64,000 nucleotides of DNA from an uncultured Bacilli bacterium (lineage in GTDB: Bacteria > Bacillota_I > Bacilli_A > RF39 > UBA660): positions 810,940-874,939 of the forward strand of contig OZ007038.1 of the NCBI GenBank assembly GCA_963931685.1. The letters are read 5' to 3'. Below, piece by piece: positions 1 through 9,121 of this stretch. Numbering within the stretch: the stretch's first letter is position 1; each line of letters opens with the position of its first letter. The position numbers and the translations under genes are program-made. The notes beneath the pieces were generated by a model. The model was not told where the DNA came from. It did not search any database and saw nothing but the letters and a program-made list of their open reading frames with translations.

Positions 1-126
1 AGTATGAGCTAATATGTTTTGCTCATATTTAAAAGCATATTTTAAACCATCAAAGGCATAAGAAAAACTTTTGAATAGCCTATTAATTCCTTTCTTTTTT
101 AATTCATCTCTTGAGACCGTAGGCAT
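1..126 (-). CDS. dgkA: diacylglycerol/undecaprenol kinase (DgkA-like), N-terminal part; runs off the window
   Basis: Too short for the ORF track. ATG at 126-124 is preceded by GGAGGAG and overlaps the ybeY 3' end. It reads MPTVSRDELKKKGINRLFKSFSYAFDGLKYAFKYEQNILAHT, which is DgkA-like. The ybeY-dgkA order is conserved in Firmicutes. Confidence 0.5.
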   Translation of the reverse strand, partial: MPTVSRDELKKKGINRLFKSFSYAFDGLKYAFKYEQNILAHT

Positions 127-550
127 CTAAAATCTCCTCCTGCTTAGTAAACATTACTTTTTCTTCTTCTTTAGTCATGTGATCATATCCTAGTAAATGA
201 AGTAAGCCATGAACGGTTAAAAAACCCATTTCTCTTGTTTCACTATGACCATATTCTTCAGCTTGAGCTTTCATTTTAGGTACACATATATAAATATCAC
301 CTAATAATCTACCAAATTCAAAGTTTATATTGGCTTCTCCATCTTCTAAAGCAAAGCTTATAACATCGGTTTCTCTATCTATTCCTCTATAATCTCTATT
401 CAACTCTTTTATTTTTTCATTATCCACAAATATTACGTTGAATGTTACGTTATTTAAATTTTCGTGTTTAAGTGCGAATTCGATTATTTTCTTTTCTTCT
501 TTGATGTCTATGTTTTCATCAGTTTCATTAAATACTTCATAATTATTCAT
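104..550 (-). CDS. ybeY: rRNA maturation endoribonuclease YbeY
   Basis: 148 aa with the zinc-binding motif HGLLHLLGYDH near the C-terminus. Confidence 0.9.
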   Translation of the reverse strand: MNNYEVFNETDENIDIKEEKKIIEFALKHENLNNVTFNVIFVDNEKIKELNRDYRGIDRETDVISFALEDGEANINFEFGRLLGDIYICVPKMKAQAEEYGHSETREMGFLTVHGLLHLLGYDHMTKEEEKVMFTKQEEILDAYGLKR

Positions 551-552
551 TA

Positions 553-1164
553 TTATACTCCTAACTCAATTAAATTAAACATGTACATAGCCATAAAAAT
601 GGCACATAACACTATAATTATATTATAAACAATAGGATTTTTCAATACTGATGGTAGGTGGTCATTGATTAAGTCTAATAATTTATATATAACAAATCCT
701 ATCATTCCACCTACTATATTTAAAATGATGTCATCAATGTCAAATACTCTGCCAATTAATAATTGAGTTGTTTCAATAGAGGTTGATACTAATAAAACTA
801 GTAAAAATGCAGATAATGGTTTTTTTAAATCTAAATAATAAGAAACGAAGAATCCATATGGAACAAACATTATAATATTACCGAGGACGTTTTTGATAAA
901 TAGATTACTACCAAATGAATATCTAAACATTTCTTTGAATGGTATAAAATTTGAGTTAGACCACCCAACATCACCAAAGGTTACAACATAGAATAAACAT
1001 AATACATAAATAATAAATATTAAAGAAAGCATTTCTCTATATAAAATTATTTTTTGTTTATTTTTGATTAAGTATACTAATCTCATACTGATGGCAATAA
1101 CACTACTAATTAAAATAGTTGGCCAAACTTCACCTAGTATTTCTAAAATACTACTTCTAATCAA
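553..1164 (-). CDS. VanZ-like family membrane protein
   Basis: 203 aa, multi-TM. GRVFDIDDIILNIVGGMIGF resembles the VanZ-family C-terminal signature. Confidence 0.6.
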   Translation of the reverse strand: MIRSSILEILGEVWPTILISSVIAISMRLVYLIKNKQKIILYREMLSLIFIIYVLCLFYVVTFGDVGWSNSNFIPFKEMFRYSFGSNLFIKNVLGNIIMFVPYGFFVSYYLDLKKPLSAFLLVLLVSTSIETTQLLIGRVFDIDDIILNIVGGMIGFVIYKLLDLINDHLPSVLKNPIVYNIIIVLCAIFMAMYMFNLIELGV

Positions 1165-1170
1165 CTTACA

Positions 1171-2319
1171 TCACCCAATTTCTGCATAATCGGTAATGTC
1201 TTCATATACCGCAAAGAACATTTCCACTTCTACTATACTCTCTTTTACGGTACTTTTCAAATATTTACTTCTAATGATGTATTCATCTTTTGAAAGATTT
1301 TTTTTGATTTCATCTATAGCTTTTTCTTTAGCTTTACTGATAGCTTCTTCTGGGGTTAAGATGATATCTGTTACTTTAGTTTCTGTTTGTTTTTGTTTAA
1401 CTAATTTAATCGGAATTAATGGATGTTTTATTATTTCTTCTTCGTTTATTTTTTTTGTTTTAAATTTATTTAGTGCGAATTCAAAGGTATGATTTAGAAA
1501 TTTAATGGCATATACATCTTTTGTTTTACCGGTTTCTTTTTCTTCATGTGCGGCAAAAGGATATTCTGTTTTGGTGACATACCATACTTCAGCATAAGCT
1601 TTACCAGTGGCTTTTACTTTTCCTGTAACTTTTTCATTAAAAATTAGTTCACCATTAACAATTAAATCGCCTTTTTTGACATAATCATTCATGTCTTTGA
1701 CAATATCTCCTTTTTCAGCAATAACTTTTTTTAATACCCCATCTTTCCCAGCTATAATATTTCTAGGAGTATTATCCTCTTCTTTTTTTATTATTTCTCT
1801 TTCTTCTACTCTGACTGTGTATTTTGTACCAGTGGATTCTATTTCTAACCATTCTATTTTATCTGGATATTTATTGAGAATTTTTTCTTTGATTTTGGTT
1901 ATTTCTTTATATGATTTTTTAAATGAGTATTTTTTTATACCTTCTTTTTCTAATTCTGTCAAAAGTAAAATTCTAATATCTTTATTAGAGTGAATAACTT
2001 CAACATTAAAAATAACGTGGGTAAAGATTAGAAATATAATAAACGAAATTATGGTTATAATGATTAAATGTTTTGAAAGTTTTATTTTTCTTTTTATTTT
2101 GATAAGTCCAAAAACATCTAATTCTGTTATCTCATAAATACTTTTTATTTTTAATACTTTTTCATAATCTTTTTTATATATGATGATATCAGCTTGATTT
2201 GAATCTTTATATTTTAAGGATAGAATTTCTATTTTTTTACTTCTAAGTTTTTTGATGAACCTATTGATGTTTTTTCCTTTAACATTTAAGGAAACTTTAC
2301 TGATTAGTTTTTCTATCAA
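1171..2319 (-). CDS. yqfD: sporulation protein YqfD
   Basis: 382 aa with one TM about 90 aa in. Its start overlaps the yqfC-like gene by 4 nt, and its size and context match stage IV sporulation protein YqfD. Confidence 0.7.
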   Translation of the reverse strand: MIEKLISKVSLNVKGKNINRFIKKLRSKKIEILSLKYKDSNQADIIIYKKDYEKVLKIKSIYEITELDVFGLIKIKRKIKLSKHLIIITIISFIIFLIFTHVIFNVEVIHSNKDIRILLLTELEKEGIKKYSFKKSYKEITKIKEKILNKYPDKIEWLEIESTGTKYTVRVEEREIIKKEEDNTPRNIIAGKDGVLKKVIAEKGDIVKDMNDYVKKGDLIVNGELIFNEKVTGKVKATGKAYAEVWYVTKTEYPFAAHEEKETGKTKDVYAIKFLNHTFEFALNKFKTKKINEEEIIKHPLIPIKLVKQKQTETKVTDIILTPEEAISKAKEKAIDEIKKNLSKDEYIIRSKYLKSTVKESIVEVEMFFAVYEDITDYAEIG

Positions 2320-2561
2320 TTAAATTCAACCGCTTTTATTTTTCCAAGTATTAGAAGTTCATCATTAAGTAATTTGGAAATCGTTAAGTTTTCTCCTTTT
2401 ATTATAACAATGCCTTTTTCAAATCTCACTATAATTTTTGTGTCGTCAAAGTGGTCAATTTCTAAATAATTAACAATATCAATCCGACCCATTAAAATGG
2501 TTATTTTAAATTCATTTTCTAGTATGTATGTGCGCAAATGATTTAGCATGATATCACCCAT
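2316..2561 (-). CDS. yqfC: sporulation protein YqfC (YabP family)
   Basis: 81 aa beta-rich small protein directly upstream of and overlapping yqfD. The start could instead be the internal ATG at 2549. Confidence 0.65.
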   Translation of the reverse strand: MGDIMLNHLRTYILENEFKITILMGRIDIVNYLEIDHFDDTKIIVRFEKGIVIIKGENLTISKLLNDELLILGKIKAVEFN

Positions 2562-2713
2562 ATAATTTTATGGGTGATATCTTTTAAATATACTAATAAA
2601 TAGTTATTATTTCATCATAAATATGATATTTATATGTCATTTTAATCACCTAAATTTATTTTAAAATAAATTAAGTAAATAAAATGTCAAAAAAAGTAAA
2701 AGATTAAATACTT

Positions 2714-3601
2714 TTACTTTTTATCTTTAAACATTTCTGAAAGTGTTGTTCCTAAAGTAGCTAAATCTTGTAAGTTTGATGGAACGATTATTTTTGTTGC
2801 TTGTCCATTAGCCATGTTAGCTAGGGCATCAAAACTTCTTAGGGTTAAAACTGATTGGTCTGCTCCAGCATCTTTTAGATTTTTGATTGCTTCGGCTTCG
2901 GCAACACTTCTTTTTAATATAGCTTCGGCTTCACCTTCGGCTTTTTTAATTTGAGCTTCTTTTGCAGCTTCTGCCTGCAGAATCAAGCTTTCTTTTTGAC
3001 CTTCGGCAATTAAGATACTTGATTTCTTTTCACCTTCGGCTTGTAGTATTTTTTCTCTTCTTTCTCTTTCAGCACGCATTTGCTTTTCCATAGCATCTTG
3101 AATATCACGGGGTGGTACAATGTTTTTAACTTCAACACGGTTAATTTTAATACCCCATGGATTAGTAGCTTCATCTAAAATTGCTCTCATTTTTGAATTA
3201 ATAATATCTCTTGATGTTAATGTTTGGTCTAATTCTAACTCACCTATAATATTTCTTAATGTTGTTGCAGTTAAATTTTCGATTGCGTTGACTGGATTTT
3301 CAACACCATAAGTATATAATTTGGGGTCTGTTATTTGATAATATACAACTGTATCTATTTGCATAGTTACATTATCTTTGGTAATAACTGGTTGTGGTGG
3401 GAAATCTTTTACTTTTTCTTTTAAACTAATTATTCCTGATACTCTATCAATAAAAGGAATTTTAAAATGAAGTCCATTTGTCCATGTTTCATAATATGAA
3501 CCCAATCTTTCAATAATATAACACATTGATTGTGGGACAATTTTGACATTTGGTATAACGATAACTAAAACTAAAACTAAAATTATTATTAGTGCAGACA
3601 T
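2714..3601 (-). CDS. SPFH/band-7 (stomatin-like) membrane protein
   Basis: 295 aa: N-terminal TM, SPFH core, and an Ala/Glu-rich coiled coil (AEGEAEAILKRSVAEAEAIK). Paired with an upstream NfeD gene. Confidence 0.85.
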   Translation of the reverse strand: MSALIIILVLVLVIVIPNVKIVPQSMCYIIERLGSYYETWTNGLHFKIPFIDRVSGIISLKEKVKDFPPQPVITKDNVTMQIDTVVYYQITDPKLYTYGVENPVNAIENLTATTLRNIIGELELDQTLTSRDIINSKMRAILDEATNPWGIKINRVEVKNIVPPRDIQDAMEKQMRAERERREKILQAEGEKKSSILIAEGQKESLILQAEAAKEAQIKKAEGEAEAILKRSVAEAEAIKNLKDAGADQSVLTLRSFDALANMANGQATKIIVPSNLQDLATLGTTLSEMFKDKK

Positions 3602-4029
3602 TATTCTTCTCCTACTTTCTCTACTTTAATTTTTACCCCTTTTATTTCTAATATTTTAACTAATTCATCTTTTTTTATTGGTTTATCTGCATATGCAGTC
3701 CATTTTTTTCCATCAACTTTTACTTCTCCATCACTATTTTTACCTATATCTTCGGTTACAATTCCTGTCATATCTATTATTCTATCAACATTTGTTTTAA
3801 CTTTATGCTTTTTAAAAAATTTTGTTAAAAATGGTTTTGTTGTAATTAATAATATTACACCAAATATGACAAATGCTCCAAACTGTATAATGTAATTATC
3901 AATAAATAATGAGATTATTAAGGCAATAATACCACTCATAACAAACCAGATGGTGGTTAAATTAATAGTTGCGATTTCAATTAATGCTAATAAAATAACA
4001 ATTATTAACCATACTAACCATTGTTCCAA
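3601..4029 (-). CDS. NfeD-family membrane protein
   Basis: 142 aa: N-terminal TM helices plus a C-terminal OB-like segment (GEVKVDGKKWTAYADKPIKKDELVKI). Its stop abuts the SPFH start, the classical NfeD-SPFH operon. Confidence 0.8.
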   Translation of the reverse strand: MEQWLVWLIIVILLALIEIATINLTTIWFVMSGIIALIISLFIDNYIIQFGAFVIFGVILLITTKPFLTKFFKKHKVKTNVDRIIDMTGIVTEDIGKNSDGEVKVDGKKWTAYADKPIKKDELVKILEIKGVKIKVEKVGEE

Positions 4030-4085
4030 AGTTATCCCCTCCTACACACAATATAGTATAACATAGCAATTTTTAAATTACAATA

Positions 4086-4111
4086 AAAGCATCGACAATT
4101 TTCGATGCTTT
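4086..4111 (-). terminator. rho-independent terminator after the coiled-coil protein gene
   Basis: 10-bp perfect stem AAAGCATCGA / TCGATGCTTT with a 6-nt loop, 18 nt past the stop at 4129. A T-rich tract follows on the minus strand. Confidence 0.6.
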
Positions 4112-4128
4112 AAGGTATTTACGTAAAA

Positions 4129-5787
4129 TTATCTAGTTCTTCCTTTTGAATTTTCTTGGTTTGCTTTAGCAGCATACTCAGCTGCAACTTGTTCTTTTGC
4201 TTCATCAAAAGTAAGGTTATTTTCTAACATTCTCTGAAATGCTTCTTGCCCAATTTTTGCTCTTGTTTCAGGGTCAAATTCCATATTGGAGTCGTTTTTA
4301 TTTGAATTTACTATTGGTGATGGCTCCCATTTGGCCTCTGCATTTCCTTTATTATCTATAGTAATAGTTCCTGGATAATTTGGGTCAGTTGAAGCAAAAA
4401 TTGAAACTGAATTTGAATCATCAAAATGGTCAAGTTCTTGCATTAAAGAATCTTTTGAATTAGAAGTTTCTTTTGCTGAAGATGTCTGTGGTTCTTCTTT
4501 AGTTTCACTATTTTCTTCAGTGCTATTACTACCGTATACATTCTTGTTGATATCATTCATCATTTTGTCAACTTGGATATCAGGTTCAGTTTTAACAGCA
4601 GACTCTTCTTTAGTTTCACTATTTTCTTCAGTGCTATTACTACCGTATACATTCTTATTGATATCATTCATTATTTTGTCAACCTGAGTGTCAATTTCAG
4701 TTTTAACTGCTGATTCTTCTTTAGCTTTTGCTCTTTCTTTAGCACGCTCATCAATACCTGAAATTTTTTCATTAGCAGTATTAATAATATCACTGATGGC
4801 TTTAATGCCTACCAAGTCAGCTTTTTCTTGAATTTGTGCAAGTGATTCTGTAGTTACTTTTAATTTTGAATTTAATGTTCTATTTTTGCTTCTTGCTGTT
4901 TCTAGTTTTTCATTAAGACTATCTACTTCTTTTTGACGTTCATCGATTGCAGCTTGAACATCGGCTTGGCGTTTTTGCTCAGCTTGTGTCATTTCTTCTT
5001 TATGTTTTTTCTTTATTTCAGAAATTTCTTTTGCCTTTACTTGTTTAGCTTTTTTATCATTAAACTGCGCCTCTGTAAGTAGAGTTCTAAATTGATTTAC
5101 ATCAGCAACTTTAGCTAAATCTTTAGCAACGCTATCTAAAACATCAGCATCATATTTATTTATTTTATAATTCCAGAAATAAGCGTATTTATAATCTTTA
5201 TATGTTGCAAATTCTGTTAAATCTTCTAAATTCTTTTTCTCTTTTTTAGGTTTTTCTTCTACTTTTACTGGTAATTCAACTTCTTCTGCTTTTGCTGGTT
5301 CATTTTTAGTTTCTTCTAAATTCGCTCTATTTTCAGCAGCTTTTTTTAATACTTCAGTAAGGCTTTTTCCTTTTACAATTGTTTTATCTTCTTTATCTTT
5401 AGTTTCTTTTTGTTCTTTTACTTCCTCTGCATTATTTTTGTCGGTTTTTTTCACTTGTCCTTTTTTAATTGTATCTTCTGCCACATATTTATTTACTTTT
5501 TCCTCTACTCGTTCACTAAATGTTTTTTCTTTTACTTCTTGGTTTCGTTTTTCTGTTTCATCTTCTTTACCTTTAGTTTTTTCTTTTTTCGCTGTTTCTT
5601 TATGAAGTTTAGCTAGAGCAAAAATTGCACCTGGAATATATGGCACTGTTTTTACACCTTCAGCAATTTTATTTAAGAAACTAAAGACTTTTTTTAACAT
5701 TTTATTAGTGATTTTAACTTTTTTCTCTTTAAACTCATTATTTTCAGTTACTGACTCTACATCTAGCAATTTAATTTCTTTTGCCAT
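4129..5787 (-). CDS. Lys/Glu-rich coiled-coil protein of unknown function with an internal 37-aa tandem duplication
   Basis: Long ORF. The preferred start is ATG 5787 (MAKEIKLL) behind GAGGAG, rather than the track start at 5817, which overlaps the upstream gene. Composition is highly charged and low-complexity. Confidence 0.6.
   Translation of the reverse strand: MAKEIKLLDVESVTENNEFKEKKVKITNKMLKKVFSFLNKIAEGVKTVPYIPGAIFALAKLHKETAKKEKTKGKEDETEKRNQEVKEKTFSERVEEKVNKYVAEDTIKKGQVKKTDKNNAEEVKEQKETKDKEDKTIVKGKSLTEVLKKAAENRANLEETKNEPAKAEEVELPVKVEEKPKKEKKNLEDLTEFATYKDYKYAYFWNYKINKYDADVLDSVAKDLAKVADVNQFRTLLTEAQFNDKKAKQVKAKEISEIKKKHKEEMTQAEQKRQADVQAAIDERQKEVDSLNEKLETARSKNRTLNSKLKVTTESLAQIQEKADLVGIKAISDIINTANEKISGIDERAKERAKAKEESAVKTEIDTQVDKIMNDINKNVYGSNSTEENSETKEESAVKTEPDIQVDKMMNDINKNVYGSNSTEENSETKEEPQTSSAKETSNSKDSLMQELDHFDDSNSVSIFASTDPNYPGTITIDNKGNAEAKWEPSPIVNSNKNDSNMEFDPETRAKIGQEAFQRMLENNLTFDEAKEQVAAEYAAKANQENSKGRTR
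4494..4715 (-). repeat. 2 x 111-bp in-frame tandem repeat inside the coiled-coil ORF
   Basis: Units start at 4494 and 4605. They encode EESAVKTE(I/P)D(T/I)QVDK(I/M)MNDINKNVYGSNSTEENSETK twice with only a few substitutions. Confidence 0.9.
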
Positions 5788-5791
5788 TCTA

Positions 5792-6055
5792 TCACTCCTC
5801 ATTCCTAATAATTTCACGCATTACTTCTTTTACATCTTTCCATTCATCATCTGAAATTGTATTTAATTCATATCCTTTATCTTTTTCTTTTAATTCAGCT
5901 GCATTAATAGTAATCATTTCTTGATCACTTTTACGTCCTATAGTATAAAGAATATATTTTTTTCCAGTTTTTTCTAATTCAAAGCATAGTAATACTTCAG
6001 CTTCCACTTCTTCTCCGTTGGATTTTTTAACTTTAATTTTTTGTAATTTTTCCAT
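5792..6055 (-). CDS. DUF1292-like small acidic protein
   Basis: 87 aa. The pattern (GEEVEAEVLLCFELEKTGKKYILYT ... ELKEKDKGYEL ... DDEW) resembles the DUF1292 family. Confidence 0.5.
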   Translation of the reverse strand: MEKLQKIKVKKSNGEEVEAEVLLCFELEKTGKKYILYTIGRKSDQEMITINAAELKEKDKGYELNTISDDEWKDVKEVMREIIRNEE

Positions 6056-6195
6056 AGAAAACCCCTCCTATTCTAGTAATAATTATAGCATACCATTTTT
6101 TAGTTGACAACTTTTTTTGTAAAATACTTTACTTTTTATGGACATTTTTCTAATTATAACTTTTAAAACTAACTTTATTTGTCTAATTTTGAGAT

Positions 6196-6858
6196 TTATT
6201 TATAAATTATTTGGGCATTACCACCACAATATGTCGTGATTAAATGAATAATTTCACTAGCTACTTCCATGAGGTATTCAGCACTAGTTGCTTCATTACC
6301 TTGTACAGTTATAAAAATATTTTTTGTTGTTTCTGTTACAAAGGTTTTTGGATTTTGATATACTTCTAATTTAAAGATGATATTTTTTTTATCAGTATAA
6401 ACATATTGGTTTTGGTTAAGAGTTTTTATTTCGCCTGTGATAGATGTGTATTTTTCATCTGCTCCTGCAATTTTTAGATTAACATTACCTGATATTTTAT
6501 CTATATCATGCATGCCAATGGATAATCTAGAATCTAGTGTTACAATATTATAAATACTTATTAATTTATTTGTATCTGGCATTTTTTCTTCTTTTAAAAA
6601 TCTTTTTAATATATTCTCGCTAATTGGTGTATTTTTTCTTCTTTTAACATTGATTTTTTTATGGAGTTCGTGAAATCCTTTTAAGATCATATCTGTTTCT
6701 ATATCAAAATCTTGATATTTTTGTTTTAATGCTTTATATGCTTTATCTTTAAAGGTTAAAAAAAATTCATCTTGTGTTTTGTTATCTACATTAGTAATTA
6801 GAATTCCAATTACTTTTAAACCTAAATCTAAAACTTCTCTTTCAACGGTAAATTTCAT
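6196..6858 (-). CDS. B3/B4 (PheT-like tRNA-binding) domain protein
   Basis: 220 aa. The overall pattern (MKFTVEREV..., ...ISIYNIVTLDSRLSIGMHDIDKISGNVNL..., ...NIFITVQGNEATSAEYL...) resembles stand-alone B3/4 domain proteins. It lies 13 nt downstream of the csoR paralog. Confidence 0.5.
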   Translation of the reverse strand: MKFTVEREVLDLGLKVIGILITNVDNKTQDEFFLTFKDKAYKALKQKYQDFDIETDMILKGFHELHKKINVKRRKNTPISENILKRFLKEEKMPDTNKLISIYNIVTLDSRLSIGMHDIDKISGNVNLKIAGADEKYTSITGEIKTLNQNQYVYTDKKNIIFKLEVYQNPKTFVTETTKNIFITVQGNEATSAEYLMEVASEIIHLITTYCGGNAQIIYK

Positions 6859-6870
6859 GATTCCTCCTTT

Positions 6871-7167
6871 TTATTTTTTCCTTTTAATAATATCCATAAT
6901 TTCATCAATTGCTTCTTTGTTTCCTTTTTTTATTTCCTCGGTTATACAAGTTCGCATATGATTTTCAAGTATGTTATTAGATAGACTTCTTAGGGCTTGT
7001 TCTGCTGAACTTATTTGTATTAATATATCTTTACAGTATCTTTCTTTTTTTACCATATCAGATATACCTCTTATTTGTCCTTCGATAATTGCAAGCCTTT
7101 TTATTATTTTATTTTTATCTTCAAGATTTTGGTATTTTAATTTATGACAATCTTTTTTATTTCTCAT
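6871..7167 (-). CDS. csoR: CsoR/RcnR-family metal-sensing repressor (paralog 1)
   Basis: 98 aa with the C-H-C ligand pattern (..RYCKDILIQ.. / ..NHMRTC..), as in the copper-sensing repressor CsoR. Confidence 0.8.
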   Translation of the reverse strand: MRNKKDCHKLKYQNLEDKNKIIKRLAIIEGQIRGISDMVKKERYCKDILIQISSAEQALRSLSNNILENHMRTCITEEIKKGNKEAIDEIMDIIKRKK

Positions 7168-7184
7168 ATTATCACCATTTTAAG

Positions 7185-7206
7185 TATATACTCCATAGGG
7201 GTATAT
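7185..7206. promoter_or_regulatory. putative CsoR operator (imperfect palindrome)
   Basis: TATATACTCCATAGGGGTATAT sits 18 nt upstream of the csoR paralog start. The arms ATAC(T/C)CC / GGGGTAT resemble the perfect palindrome at 49410-49425. Confidence 0.55.
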
Positions 7207-7434
7207 GTCAATCTAAATTGCAAATAAAAAAATCCGTAATTAAATACGAATTTTTCATCTTTATTCTTTAATTTATTATGTAACTTTAAACATACTAAAT
7301 TGGGAAGATAAACAAAATGCGTCTCATTTCTTATCAATAGTGATTTTAATATTGCTTTAGTTACTAAAGTATTTAGCACTCCCCTTGACTCTACCATTTC
7401 TTTTATGGGCAGTTTGAAAGATAACTATGTCTTC

Positions 7435-7734
7435 TTAATCACATTTATGATATTTCCTAATCAAGTCTGCCTCTTTCTTATATCCTCTTTTTTCTAATTC
7501 TTTTACAAATATTGGCCATGGAGGAATATTACTCATATATGGTTCCCCGGGTCCATTATAGGCTCCTCCACTTGGACCTGTGTATAATCCACCACCCGGG
7601 CCTGTATATAATCCGCCACCGGGACCTGTGTATGCTCCACCACCGGGGCCTGTATATAATCCGCCACCGGGACCTGTGTATAATCCGCCACCCGGGCCTG
7701 TATAATTATTTCTAGGCCATTTATTAATTTCCAT
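7435..7734 (-). CDS. small protein with six to seven YTGPGGG(L/A) repeats and a basic/acidic C-terminal tail
   Basis: Preferred start is ATG 7734 (MEINKW), 9 nt after AGGAGG and 22 nt after the Fic gene stop. No signal peptide or TM is visible. Confidence 0.65.
   Translation of the reverse strand: MEINKWPRNNYTGPGGGLYTGPGGGLYTGPGGGAYTGPGGGLYTGPGGGLYTGPSGGAYNGPGEPYMSNIPPWPIFVKELEKRGYKKEADLIRKYHKCD
7546..7704 (-). repeat. 24-nt in-frame tandem repeat (about 6.6 units) encoding YTGPGGG(L/A)
   Basis: Units read directly: YTGPGGGL x2, [16 protein letters not shown] x2, [13 protein letters not shown]. This is a locally GC-rich patch in an AT-rich genome. Confidence 0.9.
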
Positions 7735-7756
7735 TAATCTCTTCCTCCTTATCAAG

Positions 7757-9120
7757 TTATTCTTCATCTATCTCATCTATAAATAAATATTGGTGTAATT
7801 CAATCATAGTGTGAATTATTCTTTTCTCAATAAACATTATGAATGGTACTGGATTTTCTTCTGAATCCATTTTTGATAATGCATCATAATATTCTTTTCT
7901 GCATTTTTGATCAATGTATATTGGTGGAATTTTTTTCTTACTTAATAACCAATTTAATAAAGCTCTTGATATTCGGCCATTTCCATCTCCAAAAGGATGA
8001 ATAACGAGAAATTTATATGTGAAATATGCAACTTGCTCTATATATTCTCCAACATCATAATTATCTATATTTTTCATAAAAAATTGTAGTTCTTTATCAA
8101 CTTCATTAATTCTATCATTTATTTCATAATATGGTACAGGTTCTGTTGTTCCGTTGCTTAATAATGCTGTTACATTTCTATATTTTCCATTTTCTTCTGG
8201 ATATGGCACATATTTAAATAATAATGAGTGCAGGTGACCACATTTTTTTAATGAAATTTTATCCTTTGTACTAAGTACGTACTTCTGCAGCTCTAAATTT
8301 CCGAGTGTCATTACTACTTCTTCACTACAATTTTCAAAAAATTTACTATTTACACCATTGTAATTTAAATCAGCAAGTATATAATTTAATTTATTTCTAT
8401 CAATTATTACGCCTTCAAGTTTATTGTCATTATAGATATAGTTTTGCAAAAATTTTTGACCAGTATATTTATTTATATCTGCTATAAAAAAACTCATTGA
8501 ACTAACTACATTTGATAATAATGTGCTATCGATTGTATTTTCTATTAATTCTCGTTTTTTAATTGATACCCTATATTCACGCATTCTCTGTTTTAAGGCT
8601 TCTTGTGACGTATCTCCATCTATTAGTTTTAAATCATAAGCTATTCTGTTCAAACAAGCATGAAAACTAACGCCGAAGTATTCTGCTATTATTGTGATAC
8701 TTTCAAAGTCAATATATCCATCTTCATTTTTGTATTGTTCACATATAATTTTTAACTCACCTGTAGGCATAAGTAAATAACCAGCAAAGTCATTTGCAAA
8801 TTTTTCTATTTTATTGTTAGCTTTTTTTAAGCACTCAATATAATCAGTTTCCCCTTCTTCTTTGTTTAAATCTTTTATAAAATGACAATACTCATGTGCG
8901 GCTGTAAACCTTTGCCTTTGCAAACTATTATTTGAATTAATACCTACAATTGTACAATTATCTTCATCATTAATAATGATACCATCTAATTTTTCAAAAT
9001 CTTTTAATACAATATGAACTCCAGCATCGCGAAGAATTTTAAATGGATCTATCGGAAAAGTGAGTTTGCCACTTTTTTTAATTTTTCTAATTCATTGTTA
9101 GCTAATTCTTCTGGAGTCAT
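7757..9120 (-). pseudogene. ImmA/IrrE-type zinc metallopeptidase - Fic (AMPylase) fusion; frame broken in an A7 tract
   Basis: HEYCH (HEXXH) follows the typical ..QRQRFTAAHE.. ImmA context, and the canonical Fic motif HPFGDGNGRISR lies near the C-terminus. The operon-positioned ATG (9120, TAATATG coupling to XRE) is in a different frame from the 7757-8923 ORF. The two frames join if the A7 run (plus-strand T7 at 9073-9079) had 8 residues. Confidence 0.6.
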
Positions 9121-9121
9121 A

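Noticed and set aside
1196-1993. Plus-strand ORFs of 98 and 100 aa inside yqfD
   Set aside because: These are antisense shadows, Ser/Phe/Leu/Ile-rich and with no RBS.
5410-5616. 68-aa Phe-rich plus-strand ORF
   Set aside because: It is the antisense of the Lys/Glu-rich coiled-coil gene (AAA/GAA codons read as TTT/TTC), a compositional artefact.
7164-7397. 77-aa minus-strand ORF between the csoR paralog and the Gly-repeat gene
   Set aside because: It overlaps the csoR start and its promoter/operator. It has no RBS and an odd composition. It is most likely non-coding intergenic DNA.
7512-7715. Plus-strand 67-aa ORF, and a possible CRISPR-like periodic repeat, in the GC-rich repeat patch
   Set aside because: The 24-nt units are contiguous with no spacers and are in frame with the minus-strand YTGPGGG protein, which has a good RBS. 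The plus-strand ORF is its mirror image.
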